From contig JANRLW010000048.1 of NCBI GenBank assembly GCA_033762295.1, forward strand, positions 1-39,034: a DNA stretch of 39,034 nucleotides. The letters are read 5' to 3'. The number at the start of each line of letters is the position of its first letter. Position 1 is the stretch's first letter. Source of the stretch: Capsulimonadales bacterium (GTDB lineage Bacteria; Armatimonadota; Armatimonadia; Armatimonadales; Armatimonadaceae). Shown here piece after piece: positions 17,945 to 26,937 of this stretch. A program made the position numbers and the translations under genes. Below the pieces are notes generated by a model. It did not search any database and was not told the DNA's origin. It saw nothing but the letters and a program-made list of their open reading frames with translations.

Positions 17945-20227
17945 ATGCAGGCACAGGCAACGACGTCCGATCCGGTTCCCGTTGCGGACCGACCGGCGAC
18001 CGGGGAGAGCGTTCCCCTCCTACAACAGATCCTGCGTGGGGATCTGCCCGCTTCCCTGGTCGTTTTTCTGATCGCGATTCCCCTCTCGCTCGGCATCGCG
18101 GTCGCCTCCGGAGCGCCGGTTCTGGCCGGTCTGATCGCCGGGGTCGTCGGCGGGATCGTGGCCGGTGCGCTGGGAGGGTCCATCTACCAGGTCAGCGGTC
18201 CTGCCGCCGGTCTGACCGTTCTCGTGTTCGGGACGATCCAGCAGTTCGGCTGGCAGTTGACCTGTTTTATCACGATTCTGGCCGGCCTCGTTCAGATCGG
18301 CTTCGGCGCGTCCCGTATCGCCCGCGCCGCTCTGGCGATCTCGCCGGCGGTCGTCCATGGGATGCTGGCCGGCATCGGCATCACGATTGCCCTGGCCCAG
18401 TTGCATATCGTTCTGGGAGGCACCCCGGAAAGCCATGCCTGGAAGAACCTTCGTGACCTGCCGGGGCAGATTGCCGATCTGCACGGACCCGCGACCCTCC
18501 TCGGGCTCGTGACCATCGGTCTTCTGATCATCTGGCAGTATGTTCCCAAAATGCTCCGGGTCATTCCCGGTCCCCTGGTCGCCGTCGTCGTCACCACCGC
18601 CATCGCCGCCCTCGGCAATCTGAGCGTGAAGCGGATCGACCTTCCCGAGAATCTCTACCAGATGCCCTCCCTGCCGGCGCTTCCGACCGGGAACTGGGGT
18701 CCGATCGCCGTCGCGGTACTGACCATCGCCATCATCGCCTCGGTGGAGTCCCTCCTTTCGGCGGTCGCCGTGGACAAACTGCACTCCGGACCGCGCGCCA
18801 ATCTCGACCGCGAACTCGTCGGTCAGGGCGTTGCGAATACCCTGTCCGGCTTCCTCGGCGGACTGCCGGTCACCGGCGTCATCGTTCGCTCTTCCACCAA
18901 TGTCGCCGCCGGCGCGCGCACCCGCGCCTCGGCGATCCTGCACGGTATCTGGATCCTGCTCTTCGTCTCCCTTCTCGGCGGAATGATCGAACAGATTCCT
19001 CTGGCGGTTCTGGCCGGCCTTCTGGTGTTCGTCGGTATCCGGCTGGTCAAACCGGAGGATATTCGCGAATTGACCCACCACCGGGAGATCGTGGTTTACG
19101 TGATCACGGTGGTGGGCGTCGTCTTCCTCAACCTTCTGGAAGGCGTTCTTCTCGGAATCGCCGTCGCTCTGGTCATGCTGGTTTTCCGACTGTCGCGGAT
19201 GGTTCTTCGCACCGACCACCGTGGCGATCGTTACCTGGTTCGCGTCGAAGGCTCCCTGACCTTTCTTTCCGTCCCGAATCTGAATCGGGAGTTGTCCGCG
19301 ATCCCGCCCGGCGCGAAAGTGGACATCGACCTGGCGGTCGACTTCATGGATCATGCCGCCTTCGAAGCCCTGCACGGCTGGAGAATGACCCACGAAAAGC
19401 TGGGCGGCACGGTCGATATCGACGAAAAGCACGAGCAGTGGTACGAATCCGCGGTTTCCGGCACTCCGCGCAGGGACAAAACCACGCCGGTTTCCGCTCT
19501 GTCGGCGATGATCTTCGGAAGGAAATCGCCGAACGAGCCTTCCAAACCGCTGGATGCGCGGGTGCTGATCGAGGGAATCCGCGACTTCCAGCAGAACAGC
19601 GCGGCTGCGGTTCGGCCCCTGCTTTCCCAGCTTGCCCGGAACGGCCAGTTTCCGACCGCGCTCTTCATTACCTGTTCGGACTCGCGCGTCGTTCCCTACC
19701 TGTTCACGGCAAGCGGTCCCGGGGACCTTTTCAAAGTCCGCAACATCGGCAACCTGGTTCCACCGTACGCCGCGGAAGGGGAGAACTCCGTCGGCGCGGC
19801 CATCGAGTACGCGGTCGGCGTCCTCGGGGTCCGCAGCATCGTGATCTGCGGACACTCCCACTGCGGAGCGATGAAAGCGTTGCTGGCGGGCGGCGAGCCG
19901 ACCACTCAGGGGCATCTGGGCGGATGGCTGCGTCATGCGGAACGCAGTCTGGCGCGATTCAACGCCGGTATCATTCCGTCCGACTCCGATCATGCGGTCA
20001 ACCAGCTGGCCCAGGTGAACGTCATCGAGCAGATCGAAAACCTGCGGACCTACCCGATCGTCCGCCAGTATGAGTCGGATGCACGCCTGACCCTGATCGG
20101 TCTGTTCTTCGATATCGAGGAGGCGGAGGTGCTGCTGTTCAACCGCAACACCGCCCGCTTCGAGAACATCTCCGCCGAGGAGATCGGTCTTACCATCCGT
20201 CCGGAACCGGCCGGCAACCTGGCCTGA
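17945..20227 (+). CDS. SulP-family anion transporter with STAS-like domain fused to a beta-carbonic anhydrase
   Basis: PLSLGIAVASG, QVSGPAAG, ESLLSA and GVIVRSS SulP motifs; C-terminal CSDSRV and HSHCG zinc ligands. Confidence 0.93.
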   Translation: MQAQATTSDPVPVADRPATGESVPLLQQILRGDLPASLVVFLIAIPLSLGIAVASGAPVLAGLIAGVVGGIVAGALGGSIYQVSGPAAGLTVLVFGTIQQFGWQLTCFITILAGLVQIGFGASRIARAALAISPAVVHGMLAGIGITIALAQLHIVLGGTPESHAWKNLRDLPGQIADLHGPATLLGLVTIGLLIIWQYVPKMLRVIPGPLVAVVVTTAIAALGNLSVKRIDLPENLYQMPSLPALPTGNWGPIAVAVLTIAIIASVESLLSAVAVDKLHSGPRANLDRELVGQGVANTLSGFLGGLPVTGVIVRSSTNVAAGARTRASAILHGIWILLFVSLLGGMIEQIPLAVLAGLLVFVGIRLVKPEDIRELTHHREIVVYVITVVGVVFLNLLEGVLLGIAVALVMLVFRLSRMVLRTDHRGDRYLVRVEGSLTFLSVPNLNRELSAIPPGAKVDIDLAVDFMDHAAFEALHGWRMTHEKLGGTVDIDEKHEQWYESAVSGTPRRDKTTPVSALSAMIFGRKSPNEPSKPLDARVLIEGIRDFQQNSAAAVRPLLSQLARNGQFPTALFITCSDSRVVPYLFTASGPGDLFKVRNIGNLVPPYAAEGENSVGAAIEYAVGVLGVRSIVICGHSHCGAMKALLAGGEPTTQGHLGGWLRHAERSLARFNAGIIPSDSDHAVNQLAQVNVIEQIENLRTYPIVRQYESDARLTLIGLFFDIEEAEVLLFNRNTARFENISAEEIGLTIRPEPAGNLA

Positions 20228-20233
20228 CCTCTC

Positions 20234-20276
20234 CGGTCCCGCAGAGCGATCACCGAGCCATCGCTCTGCGGGATCG
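20234..20276 (+). terminator. Long stem-loop after the SulP-CA gene
   Basis: TCCCGCAGAGCGAT-N9-ATCGCTCTGCGGGA, a 14-bp perfect core, about 10 nt after the stop codon. Confidence 0.6.
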
Positions 20277-20278
20277 AC

Positions 20279-20307
20279 TTGACCCCACGGACGAAATCCG
20301 GCACAAT
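20279..20307 (+). promoter_or_regulatory. sigma70-type promoter of the MFS gene (near-leaderless)
   Basis: TTGACC-N17-CACAAT, with the ATG 9 nt downstream and no SD. Confidence 0.6.
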
Positions 20308-20316
20308 GGACGTGCC

Positions 20317-21531
20317 ATGGAAACCGCCAACGACTCCCCGAAGCCGGTTGCCGATGCCCCCCTGTCCCCGACCGTTCGTGCGCTGGGTCTGGTCAGTCTG
20401 CTGACGGACGCCTCCTCGGAAATGGTCTACCCGGTCAATCCGGTCTTCCTCACCAAAGTGCTGGGCGCGCCGCCCTGGGTCGTCGGCATGGTGGAAGGGG
20501 TGGCCGAATCGACCGCGAGCCTTCTGAAGCTGTACTCCGGCTATCTTTCGGACCGCCTGGGTCAACGGAAACCCTTGACCCTGATCGGCTACGGTATCGC
20601 CACCCTCTCCAAACCCCTGATCGGGCTTTCCGCCGCCTGGCCCCAGGTCTTTTTCGCCCGTTTTCTGGACCGCACCGGAAAAGGGTTGCGCTCCTCTCCG
20701 CGCGATGCGCTGATCGTCGAAAACTCCCTGCCACAGCAGCGGGGTCGCGCCTTCGGTCTGCATCGGAGCATGGACACGACCGGCGCGGTCCTCGGCCCTC
20801 TCCTGGGCTACCTTTACCTCCGGGCCTTCCCCGAGCATCTGCGTTACCTGTACTTCCTCGCCTTTCTTCCGGGTCTTCTCGCCGTGATCGTTCTGGCGCT
20901 GTTTGTGAAGGAGGCGCGTCCCGCCCCCGGCGAACGAAAAACACCGCCCCGGTTCACCCTGAAGGGACTCGATCCCGCCTATCGCCGTTACCTTCTGGTC
21001 GTCTTTTTGTTCGGCATGGGCAACTCGTCGGACTCCTTCCTGCTGCTGCGGGCCGGGGAGCAGGGTCTGGCAACGGATCACCTGTTGCTTCTGTACGCTC
21101 TCTTCAATGTTGTGGAGGCCGCCCTGGGGTATTTTGCCGGACGATGGAGCGATCGCATCGGTCGTCGACCGGTCATCGCTCTGGGCTACGCGGTCTTCGC
21201 ACTGGTTTATCTGGGTTTCGCCTGGCTCCCGTCTCCCCATCTGGTCTGGTTCCTTTTCCCGGTGTACGGGTTGTACTACACTCTGACCCAGGGAGCGCAG
21301 AAGGCGCTGGCCGCCGATCTGACAAATCCCGACCGGCGCGGCACGGAGATCGGCATCTTCCACCTGCTGGTCGGGATCACCGCGTTCCCCGCCAGTCTGA
21401 TTGCCGGCTGGCTCTACGCCGCCGTTTCCCCGGCGGCTCCATTTTTCATCGGCGCGGTCACCGCGCTGCTGTCTGCCGGGCTGCTTCTGACCGATCTCTC
21501 CGCCCGCGCCACCCCAACAGACATACGTTAA
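20317..21531 (+). CDS. MFS transporter
   Basis: GYLSDRLGQRK and GRWSDRIGRR motif-A copies, DRTGKGLRSSPRDALI, about 12 TM segments. Confidence 0.92.
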   Translation: METANDSPKPVADAPLSPTVRALGLVSLLTDASSEMVYPVNPVFLTKVLGAPPWVVGMVEGVAESTASLLKLYSGYLSDRLGQRKPLTLIGYGIATLSKPLIGLSAAWPQVFFARFLDRTGKGLRSSPRDALIVENSLPQQRGRAFGLHRSMDTTGAVLGPLLGYLYLRAFPEHLRYLYFLAFLPGLLAVIVLALFVKEARPAPGERKTPPRFTLKGLDPAYRRYLLVVFLFGMGNSSDSFLLLRAGEQGLATDHLLLLYALFNVVEAALGYFAGRWSDRIGRRPVIALGYAVFALVYLGFAWLPSPHLVWFLFPVYGLYYTLTQGAQKALAADLTNPDRRGTEIGIFHLLVGITAFPASLIAGWLYAAVSPAAPFFIGAVTALLSAGLLLTDLSARATPTDIR

Positions 21532-21573
21532 CCGGATACGCGTGAGGTACGTTATAATGAGAACGGTTCCAAC

Positions 21574-24500
21574 ATGAACGACAATACGTTCTTCGTCACC
21601 GGTGGCACACTGCCCCTGGGCGCGTCTTCCTACGTTTCCCGCCAGGCGGACATCGATCTCTATACCGCACTGGTACAGGGACAGTACTGCTACCTGCTCA
21701 ATACCCGCCAGATGGGTAAATCCAGCCTGGTCGTGCGCACCGCCGAACGGCTGCGGCAGGAGGTCGGTGCGTCGGTCGCGATCTTCGAACTCTCGGCGAT
21801 CGGTCAGAATATCACACCGGATCAGCTGTACTACGGCCTGACCAACCTCCTCGGACAGCAACTGGGACTCGAGGACGAACTGGACGAATTCTGGTTTTCG
21901 CAGGACCTGCTGAGTCCGATGCAGCGGTTCTTCGAGGGCATCCGGCGGGTCGCCCTGCCGGCGGTTCCCGGCCCCCTGGTGATCGTGGTCGATGAGGTCG
22001 ATGCGCTTCGGACCGTACAGCAGCACTTTTCGACCGACGAGTTTTTCGGCGGCATTCGCGACTGTCATAATCGGCGGGTGACGCAGCCGGAGTTCCGACG
22101 CCTGACTTTCTGTCTGGTCGGGGTCGCGACTCCGTCGAGTCTGATTCGCGACACCCGGGTCTCCCCGTTCAATGTGGGTCAGCGGATCGTCATCACGGAC
22201 TTTACGGAACAGGAGGCTTCCGGTCTGGCCGCCGGACTCGGCGCGGGCGGTCGTTCGCTGCTTCCCCGGGTGCTTTACTGGACCGGGGGTCATCCCTACC
22301 TGACACAGCGTCTCTGCCAGGAACTGGCCCGACAGCGAGCCGTCAGTCCTGCGGATGTCGACCGGGAGTGCCAGCGGTTATTCCTGACGAAAACGGCGAG
22401 AGAGAGCGACGACAACCTGACCTTCGTTCGTGACCGGCTCCTGCGCAGCAGCGATCATCGGGTCGAGGAGATTCTGGACCTCTACTCACGTCTCCGATCC
22501 GGTCGGCGTTTCTACGATGACGATTCCAACCCCCTGTACGCCACACTCCGGCTGTCCGGCGTCGTTAAAGTCATGGATGACCGGGGACGTCTCAGCGTCC
22601 GAAACCGCATCTACGAACGCGTCTTCGACGGCGATTTTATCCGGGCCAATACCCCCGGCGAGGAGTTGCGCCGTCAGGAGGCGGCGGCGCGACGGGGTCG
22701 GCTACAGGTCGGCGCGCTTTCGCTGACGGTCATTTCGACGCTTCTGCTGATGCTGCAGGCGACCATGACCGCGAACTCACAGGCGGAGGCGGACGCACGA
22801 CGGGCGAAACTGGCACAGACGAGTTCCGACACCGCCTATCGGGAACTGGCGGCGAAGAACGGGACACTGAAGCAGGTCAACGAACGTCTTGCGGAGATCA
22901 AGCGACAGATGGCCGTAGCGGAGCTTCAAGCGTTGCAGCGGGTCCGGGAGGCGAACCGGCGCGTGGAGAAGGAGCGGGCCAACGCCGAGCGCCAGATTCA
23001 AAACGCTCAGGAGCGGCGGAAACGGGCGGTCGATCGGCAGCGACAGGCGGAAGCCGTCGCCAAGGAGAAAAAAATCCTGGCCGACGCCGCACTGGACCGG
23101 ATGCGAAAGGCGCTGATCGACGGCAAGGAAGCCGCGGACGCCGCCGCCGCCAAGACAACCGCCGCCGAAAAGGAACGGCAGGAAGCGCAGGTCGCCGCGA
23201 CCCTCGCCCGTAACGAAGCCCTTGCCGCCCGCACGAAGGCGCAGGAGGCGCTCGAACAACTCGAGATCGCCAGAAACGCCGTCGACGCGGCGAAAAACGA
23301 GCGCGAGGAGACGACCCGCCAGATTGCGGCGCTGATCGAGGAGGGGAAGCGGCTCCAGGACAGCCGCGTCCGCCAGGAGAACATCTATCTGATCTCCTCC
23401 GCCCTGAACGAACTGGAAAGCGGAAGCGTCTACACCGTCCGTCCGGCCGACAATAACGGCGCGCCCACCGGGAACATCGGGCGGGCGGAACAACTGCTCA
23501 AACAGGTACGGTTCGTCGGTTCGCGACCGACGTTCGAGTGGCTCTATCTGAACAGCCTCTGTCACTCCGAGGCGACGCTCGATTCGCTGTCCGTGACGGA
23601 CGGCGTTCACGCCCTGGGCTTTGTCGGAAACACGAATGCCCTGATCGCTGCCGATCCGCGCGGCGCGCTGCTGTTCCGACAGACCGGGCGGAAACGCGAC
23701 TTCGGTTTCGCGCGTTTTCGAACCGTCGCCATCTCCCCGCAGGGCGATTTCCTGGCGGGCGGCGACGCCAGGGGAAACGTTCAACTAAAAGCGATCAACG
23801 GAACGGAGCCGCCGGTGACCTGTTCCGCCGGTCTCAGCGCCGTGACCGCGCTGGCCTTCTCGCGCGGACGCCAGCCACGTCTGCTCGTCGGTCATTCCGC
23901 CGGAAAGGTCTCGGTCTGGAACGTTCGCGGACAGTCGCTCGGGCGGATCGACCCGGAGAAAAACGCGCGTGGCGTGGTTCGTGCGCTCGCCCTCGACGAG
24001 AACGGGGATTATGCCATCGTTTCGACGGAGAAGCAAACCGCCATCTACTCCGTTTCCGACAGCCGACGCCGGGTCGTTCTGGACACGGAGAATGAAAAGA
24101 TCAATGCCGCCGCCTTTTTTCCCGGCGGTATTCAGGCGGCTCTGGTGACGAGTGACAACCACCTGCTGATTTACAATGCCATCAATGGCTCCCTCCTCGG
24201 CCGGGAGAAGATCGATCCCGACATCAAAAACCCCCGGACGATCGCCATTTCGGCGCGCGGCACCCGGATCGCCATCGGCGGCGCGACGAGCATCGTTTCC
24301 GTTCTGCAAATGAAAGCGCCGGACCCTATCCGGAAGACCGGCGGAATCCGCTCCCTGGTTTTCACGCCGGATTCTCAGAACGTGGCGATCATCAGCGAAG
24401 GAGATGGCCTCTCCCTGCCCCGCCCGCCGGAGATTGAGGGTTTCCTTCTGACCCATGCGCGGGTGTCCGGCACCTGCGTGGCGTTCTCTCCCGACCGGAA

Positions 24501-25206
24501 TTATGTCGTCGTCGGCTGTCGGGACGGCGCGGTGGAGATGTTCGACCGACGTCAGCCCCGACGTCTCTTTGCCCTGTTCCCGGCCGGCACACCGGCGGTG
24601 ACCCGGGTCGCCATCTCCCCGGACAGCCAGAAACTGGCGGTCGGACGGGCAAATGGGACGGTCACCGTTCGCCCCCTTGCGCCGTCGACGACCGTCCGGA
24701 CGTTCCAGCCGCATAAGGGCGCCATCTCCCTTCTGGCCTTCCTCCCGGACAGCCTTCAAGTGGTGACCGGCGCCCGAGGCGAGTCCGTTCATATTGCCGA
24801 TACCAACGGCGAAAAGCGCGGCGAAATTCCGCCCGAACCGGGACGTTCGGAAACGGCGTCGAATATCTCTCCGGACGGCCGTTACCTCGCCATCGCACGC
24901 GGCGACACGATCGACCTGATCGAAGTGGCGACCGGCAAGCGCTCTGCCACCTGCACCGGCCACATCAATACGGTCACCGGACTGGTATTTTCTCCGGATT
25001 CGACCCGGCTGGTATCGGGCGCCCACGATGGTTCGGTAAAATTGTGGGATGTAGCGACAGGGGATCAGGTACTGTCTTTGCGCGGACTGCGCTACTGGAA
25101 CGATTCCGGCCATGTCAGCACCGTGACCTTTGCGCCCAACGGCCGGGCGGTCGCGGTCGGTACCGAAACCGGCAAGGCGATCGTTCTCCGCGCCGACGAG
25201 GAATAG
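21574..25206 (+). CDS. AAA-like (AAA_35/STAND-type) NTPase, hydrophobic segment, long coiled coil and WD40 repeats
   Basis: SYVSRQAD, Walker A RQMGKSS, Walker B IVVDEVD, SPFNVG, WTGGHPYLTQ and NRIY. C-terminal repeats such as GHINTVTGLVFSPDSTRLVSGAHDGSVKLWD. Confidence 0.88.
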   Translation: MNDNTFFVTGGTLPLGASSYVSRQADIDLYTALVQGQYCYLLNTRQMGKSSLVVRTAERLRQEVGASVAIFELSAIGQNITPDQLYYGLTNLLGQQLGLEDELDEFWFSQDLLSPMQRFFEGIRRVALPAVPGPLVIVVDEVDALRTVQQHFSTDEFFGGIRDCHNRRVTQPEFRRLTFCLVGVATPSSLIRDTRVSPFNVGQRIVITDFTEQEASGLAAGLGAGGRSLLPRVLYWTGGHPYLTQRLCQELARQRAVSPADVDRECQRLFLTKTARESDDNLTFVRDRLLRSSDHRVEEILDLYSRLRSGRRFYDDDSNPLYATLRLSGVVKVMDDRGRLSVRNRIYERVFDGDFIRANTPGEELRRQEAAARRGRLQVGALSLTVISTLLLMLQATMTANSQAEADARRAKLAQTSSDTAYRELAAKNGTLKQVNERLAEIKRQMAVAELQALQRVREANRRVEKERANAERQIQNAQERRKRAVDRQRQAEAVAKEKKILADAALDRMRKALIDGKEAADAAAAKTTAAEKERQEAQVAATLARNEALAARTKAQEALEQLEIARNAVDAAKNEREETTRQIAALIEEGKRLQDSRVRQENIYLISSALNELESGSVYTVRPADNNGAPTGNIGRAEQLLKQVRFVGSRPTFEWLYLNSLCHSEATLDSLSVTDGVHALGFVGNTNALIAADPRGALLFRQTGRKRDFGFARFRTVAISPQGDFLAGGDARGNVQLKAINGTEPPVTCSAGLSAVTALAFSRGRQPRLLVGHSAGKVSVWNVRGQSLGRIDPEKNARGVVRALALDENGDYAIVSTEKQTAIYSVSDSRRRVVLDTENEKINAAAFFPGGIQAALVTSDNHLLIYNAINGSLLGREKIDPDIKNPRTIAISARGTRIAIGGATSIVSVLQMKAPDPIRKTGGIRSLVFTPDSQNVAIISEGDGLSLPRPPEIEGFLLTHARVSGTCVAFSPDRNYVVVGCRDGAVEMFDRRQPRRLFALFPAGTPAVTRVAISPDSQKLAVGRANGTVTVRPLAPSTTVRTFQPHKGAISLLAFLPDSLQVVTGARGESVHIADTNGEKRGEIPPEPGRSETASNISPDGRYLAIARGDTIDLIEVATGKRSATCTGHINTVTGLVFSPDSTRLVSGAHDGSVKLWDVATGDQVLSLRGLRYWNDSGHVSTVTFAPNGRAVAVGTETGKAIVLRADEE

Positions 25207-25217
25207 AAGGGGCGGAA

Positions 25218-25385
25218 ATGGAAGTCGGGACGAAAGTCATTCTTTATACGACGATCATGCGCGGTTCCACGCAGACCTCGTACGTCGGGCAGATCATTGC
25301 GATCAACGATCATGGCCTGACCATCGAGGGTTCCACGGGCAAAATGTTCTTTCCCTGGAGCGCGATCGAGCGAATAACGTTTTAA
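25218..25385 (+). CDS. Small hypothetical protein (55 aa), possible Sm/SH3-like beta-barrel
   Basis: Fills the gap between two + strand genes and has a purine-rich RBS; MEVGTKVILYT...YVGQIIAINDHGLTIE...FFPWSAIERI. Confidence 0.6.
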   Translation: MEVGTKVILYTTIMRGSTQTSYVGQIIAINDHGLTIEGSTGKMFFPWSAIERITF

Positions 25386-25408
25386 CCATCCGATAAGGAG
25401 TCAGGACA

Positions 25409-26164
25409 GTGATACTCGAAGGCAAAGTCGCTCTGGTCACCGGCGGGGCGCGCGGGATCGGCGCGGATATCGTTCGGGCGCTGGTGCGCGAGGGCGCGAC
25501 CGTCGCCATCAACTACGGCGGCAGCCAGGAAAAGGCCGAAGCTCACGTGGCGCGGATACTGGCCGAGGGCGGCAAGGCCCAGGCGTTCGGCGCGGACGTG
25601 CGTGACCCGGAGGCGGTCGAAACGATGGTCAGGTCGGTCGTCGATACGTTCGGACGCATCGACGGGGTGATCAATAACGCCATTGCCGGACGTCAGTCAG
25701 GCTCGTTCGAGGAAGTGACCTGGGAGGACTATGCCAACTCGTTCGACTTCGGCTGCAAGGCCGTGGTCCATACGGTCCGCGCCGCGCGTCCGTTTATGAA
25801 GGCGCAGGGGGGTGGACGGATCGTTAATATCGTCACCGAACTCTGGAACATGGCTCCGGCGAACTGGTCGGTTTACATGGCCGGAAAGGGCGCGATGGTC
25901 GGTATCTCCCGCTCCCTGGCGATGGAACTCGGACCGGACAACATTACGGTCAATATGGTCGCGCCCGGCTGGATGGCCGATGAGAAGGTCGACACGTCCT
26001 CGGAAGGCTCCCGCCGGTTCGGGGAATCGCTCCCCCTGCGACGGCACGGGAGCGGTGAGGAGATCGGCAACGGCTGTGTCTTTTTCCTGAGCCATCTCGC
26101 CACCTATGTCACGGGGGCGTACCTCCCGGTCACCGGCGGACGCATTACCCAGATGGGCGCCTGA
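25409..26164 (+). CDS. Short-chain dehydrogenase/reductase (FabG-like)
   Basis: VTGGARGIG, NNA, YMAGK (YxxxK) and VNMVAPG; AGGAG/AGGA upstream. Confidence 0.9.
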   Translation: MILEGKVALVTGGARGIGADIVRALVREGATVAINYGGSQEKAEAHVARILAEGGKAQAFGADVRDPEAVETMVRSVVDTFGRIDGVINNAIAGRQSGSFEEVTWEDYANSFDFGCKAVVHTVRAARPFMKAQGGGRIVNIVTELWNMAPANWSVYMAGKGAMVGISRSLAMELGPDNITVNMVAPGWMADEKVDTSSEGSRRFGESLPLRRHGSGEEIGNGCVFFLSHLATYVTGAYLPVTGGRITQMGA

Positions 26165-26221
26165 CCTTCCGATCTCCGGAGGCGGGTCCGCACAGGTCAG
26201 CCAGTCGGAAGGAACCGACCG

Positions 26222-26908
26222 TCAACGCGCGAATGTCGATGCCAGTCGGCAGAAGATAAGAATCCGGTACGGAGCGTTCGCGGTCGGTTCGTCGCAGGTA
26301 ATCAGGGTCAGTTCGGAGCCGACGTTGCGATTCAACAGATCACCTCGATCGGGCGTCACCGTTTTGCGGCCGGTGACGATGTACTTGTACGTCCGGTCGG
26401 GCTGATCCACCCAGACCGCGTCCCCTTTGCGCAGGTTGGGAAGATTTTTGAACCATCGGGCGCGGTGGGCCGCAATCGCACAATTTCCGGGTTCGCCCGG
26501 GAATCCGGTTCCGGGGATATGGCCGGGTCCGCGCCGCAGGTCGTCCTGATCCGTGCCTTCGATTACCATCGCTTCGAGGCCGATGCGCGGAATTCGCAGC
26601 CGTGCGAACAGGGCGCCTTTCGCCACCCGCCGGAACCGTACCGGACGTGTCCGTTCGGGCGGTCGCCCCTGCGGTTCGACCTCTTTCGCCGTTGTCAACG
26701 GCGGCAACGGTTCCACCGGCAGAATCATCGGTTCTTGATTATCGGACGGGGTCGTTGTCCGGTCGACTCGATCGAATTCCTGCCTGAGACGATTTTGCTC
26801 CGCGGTGCCGAAAAACTCGATCGCGGCTGGCCAGAGCGCCAGCAACAGGCCAGCCGTAATAAGCAGATTGGCGAGAAGGCGTCTTGCCCGTATGGTCGAT
26901 CGTCCCAC
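26222..26908 (-). CDS. Sortase (class D-like)
   Basis: N-terminal TM, LRIPRIGL, GHIPGTGFPGEPGNCAIAAHR (His), LTLITC (Cys) and PYR (Arg). Confidence 0.92.
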   Translation of the reverse strand: MGRSTIRARRLLANLLITAGLLLALWPAAIEFFGTAEQNRLRQEFDRVDRTTTPSDNQEPMILPVEPLPPLTTAKEVEPQGRPPERTRPVRFRRVAKGALFARLRIPRIGLEAMVIEGTDQDDLRRGPGHIPGTGFPGEPGNCAIAAHRARWFKNLPNLRKGDAVWVDQPDRTYKYIVTGRKTVTPDRGDLLNRNVGSELTLITCDEPTANAPYRILIFCRLASTFAR

Positions 26909-26937
26909 TCGCCCGATCCCTCCGTTAACGATTCGGA

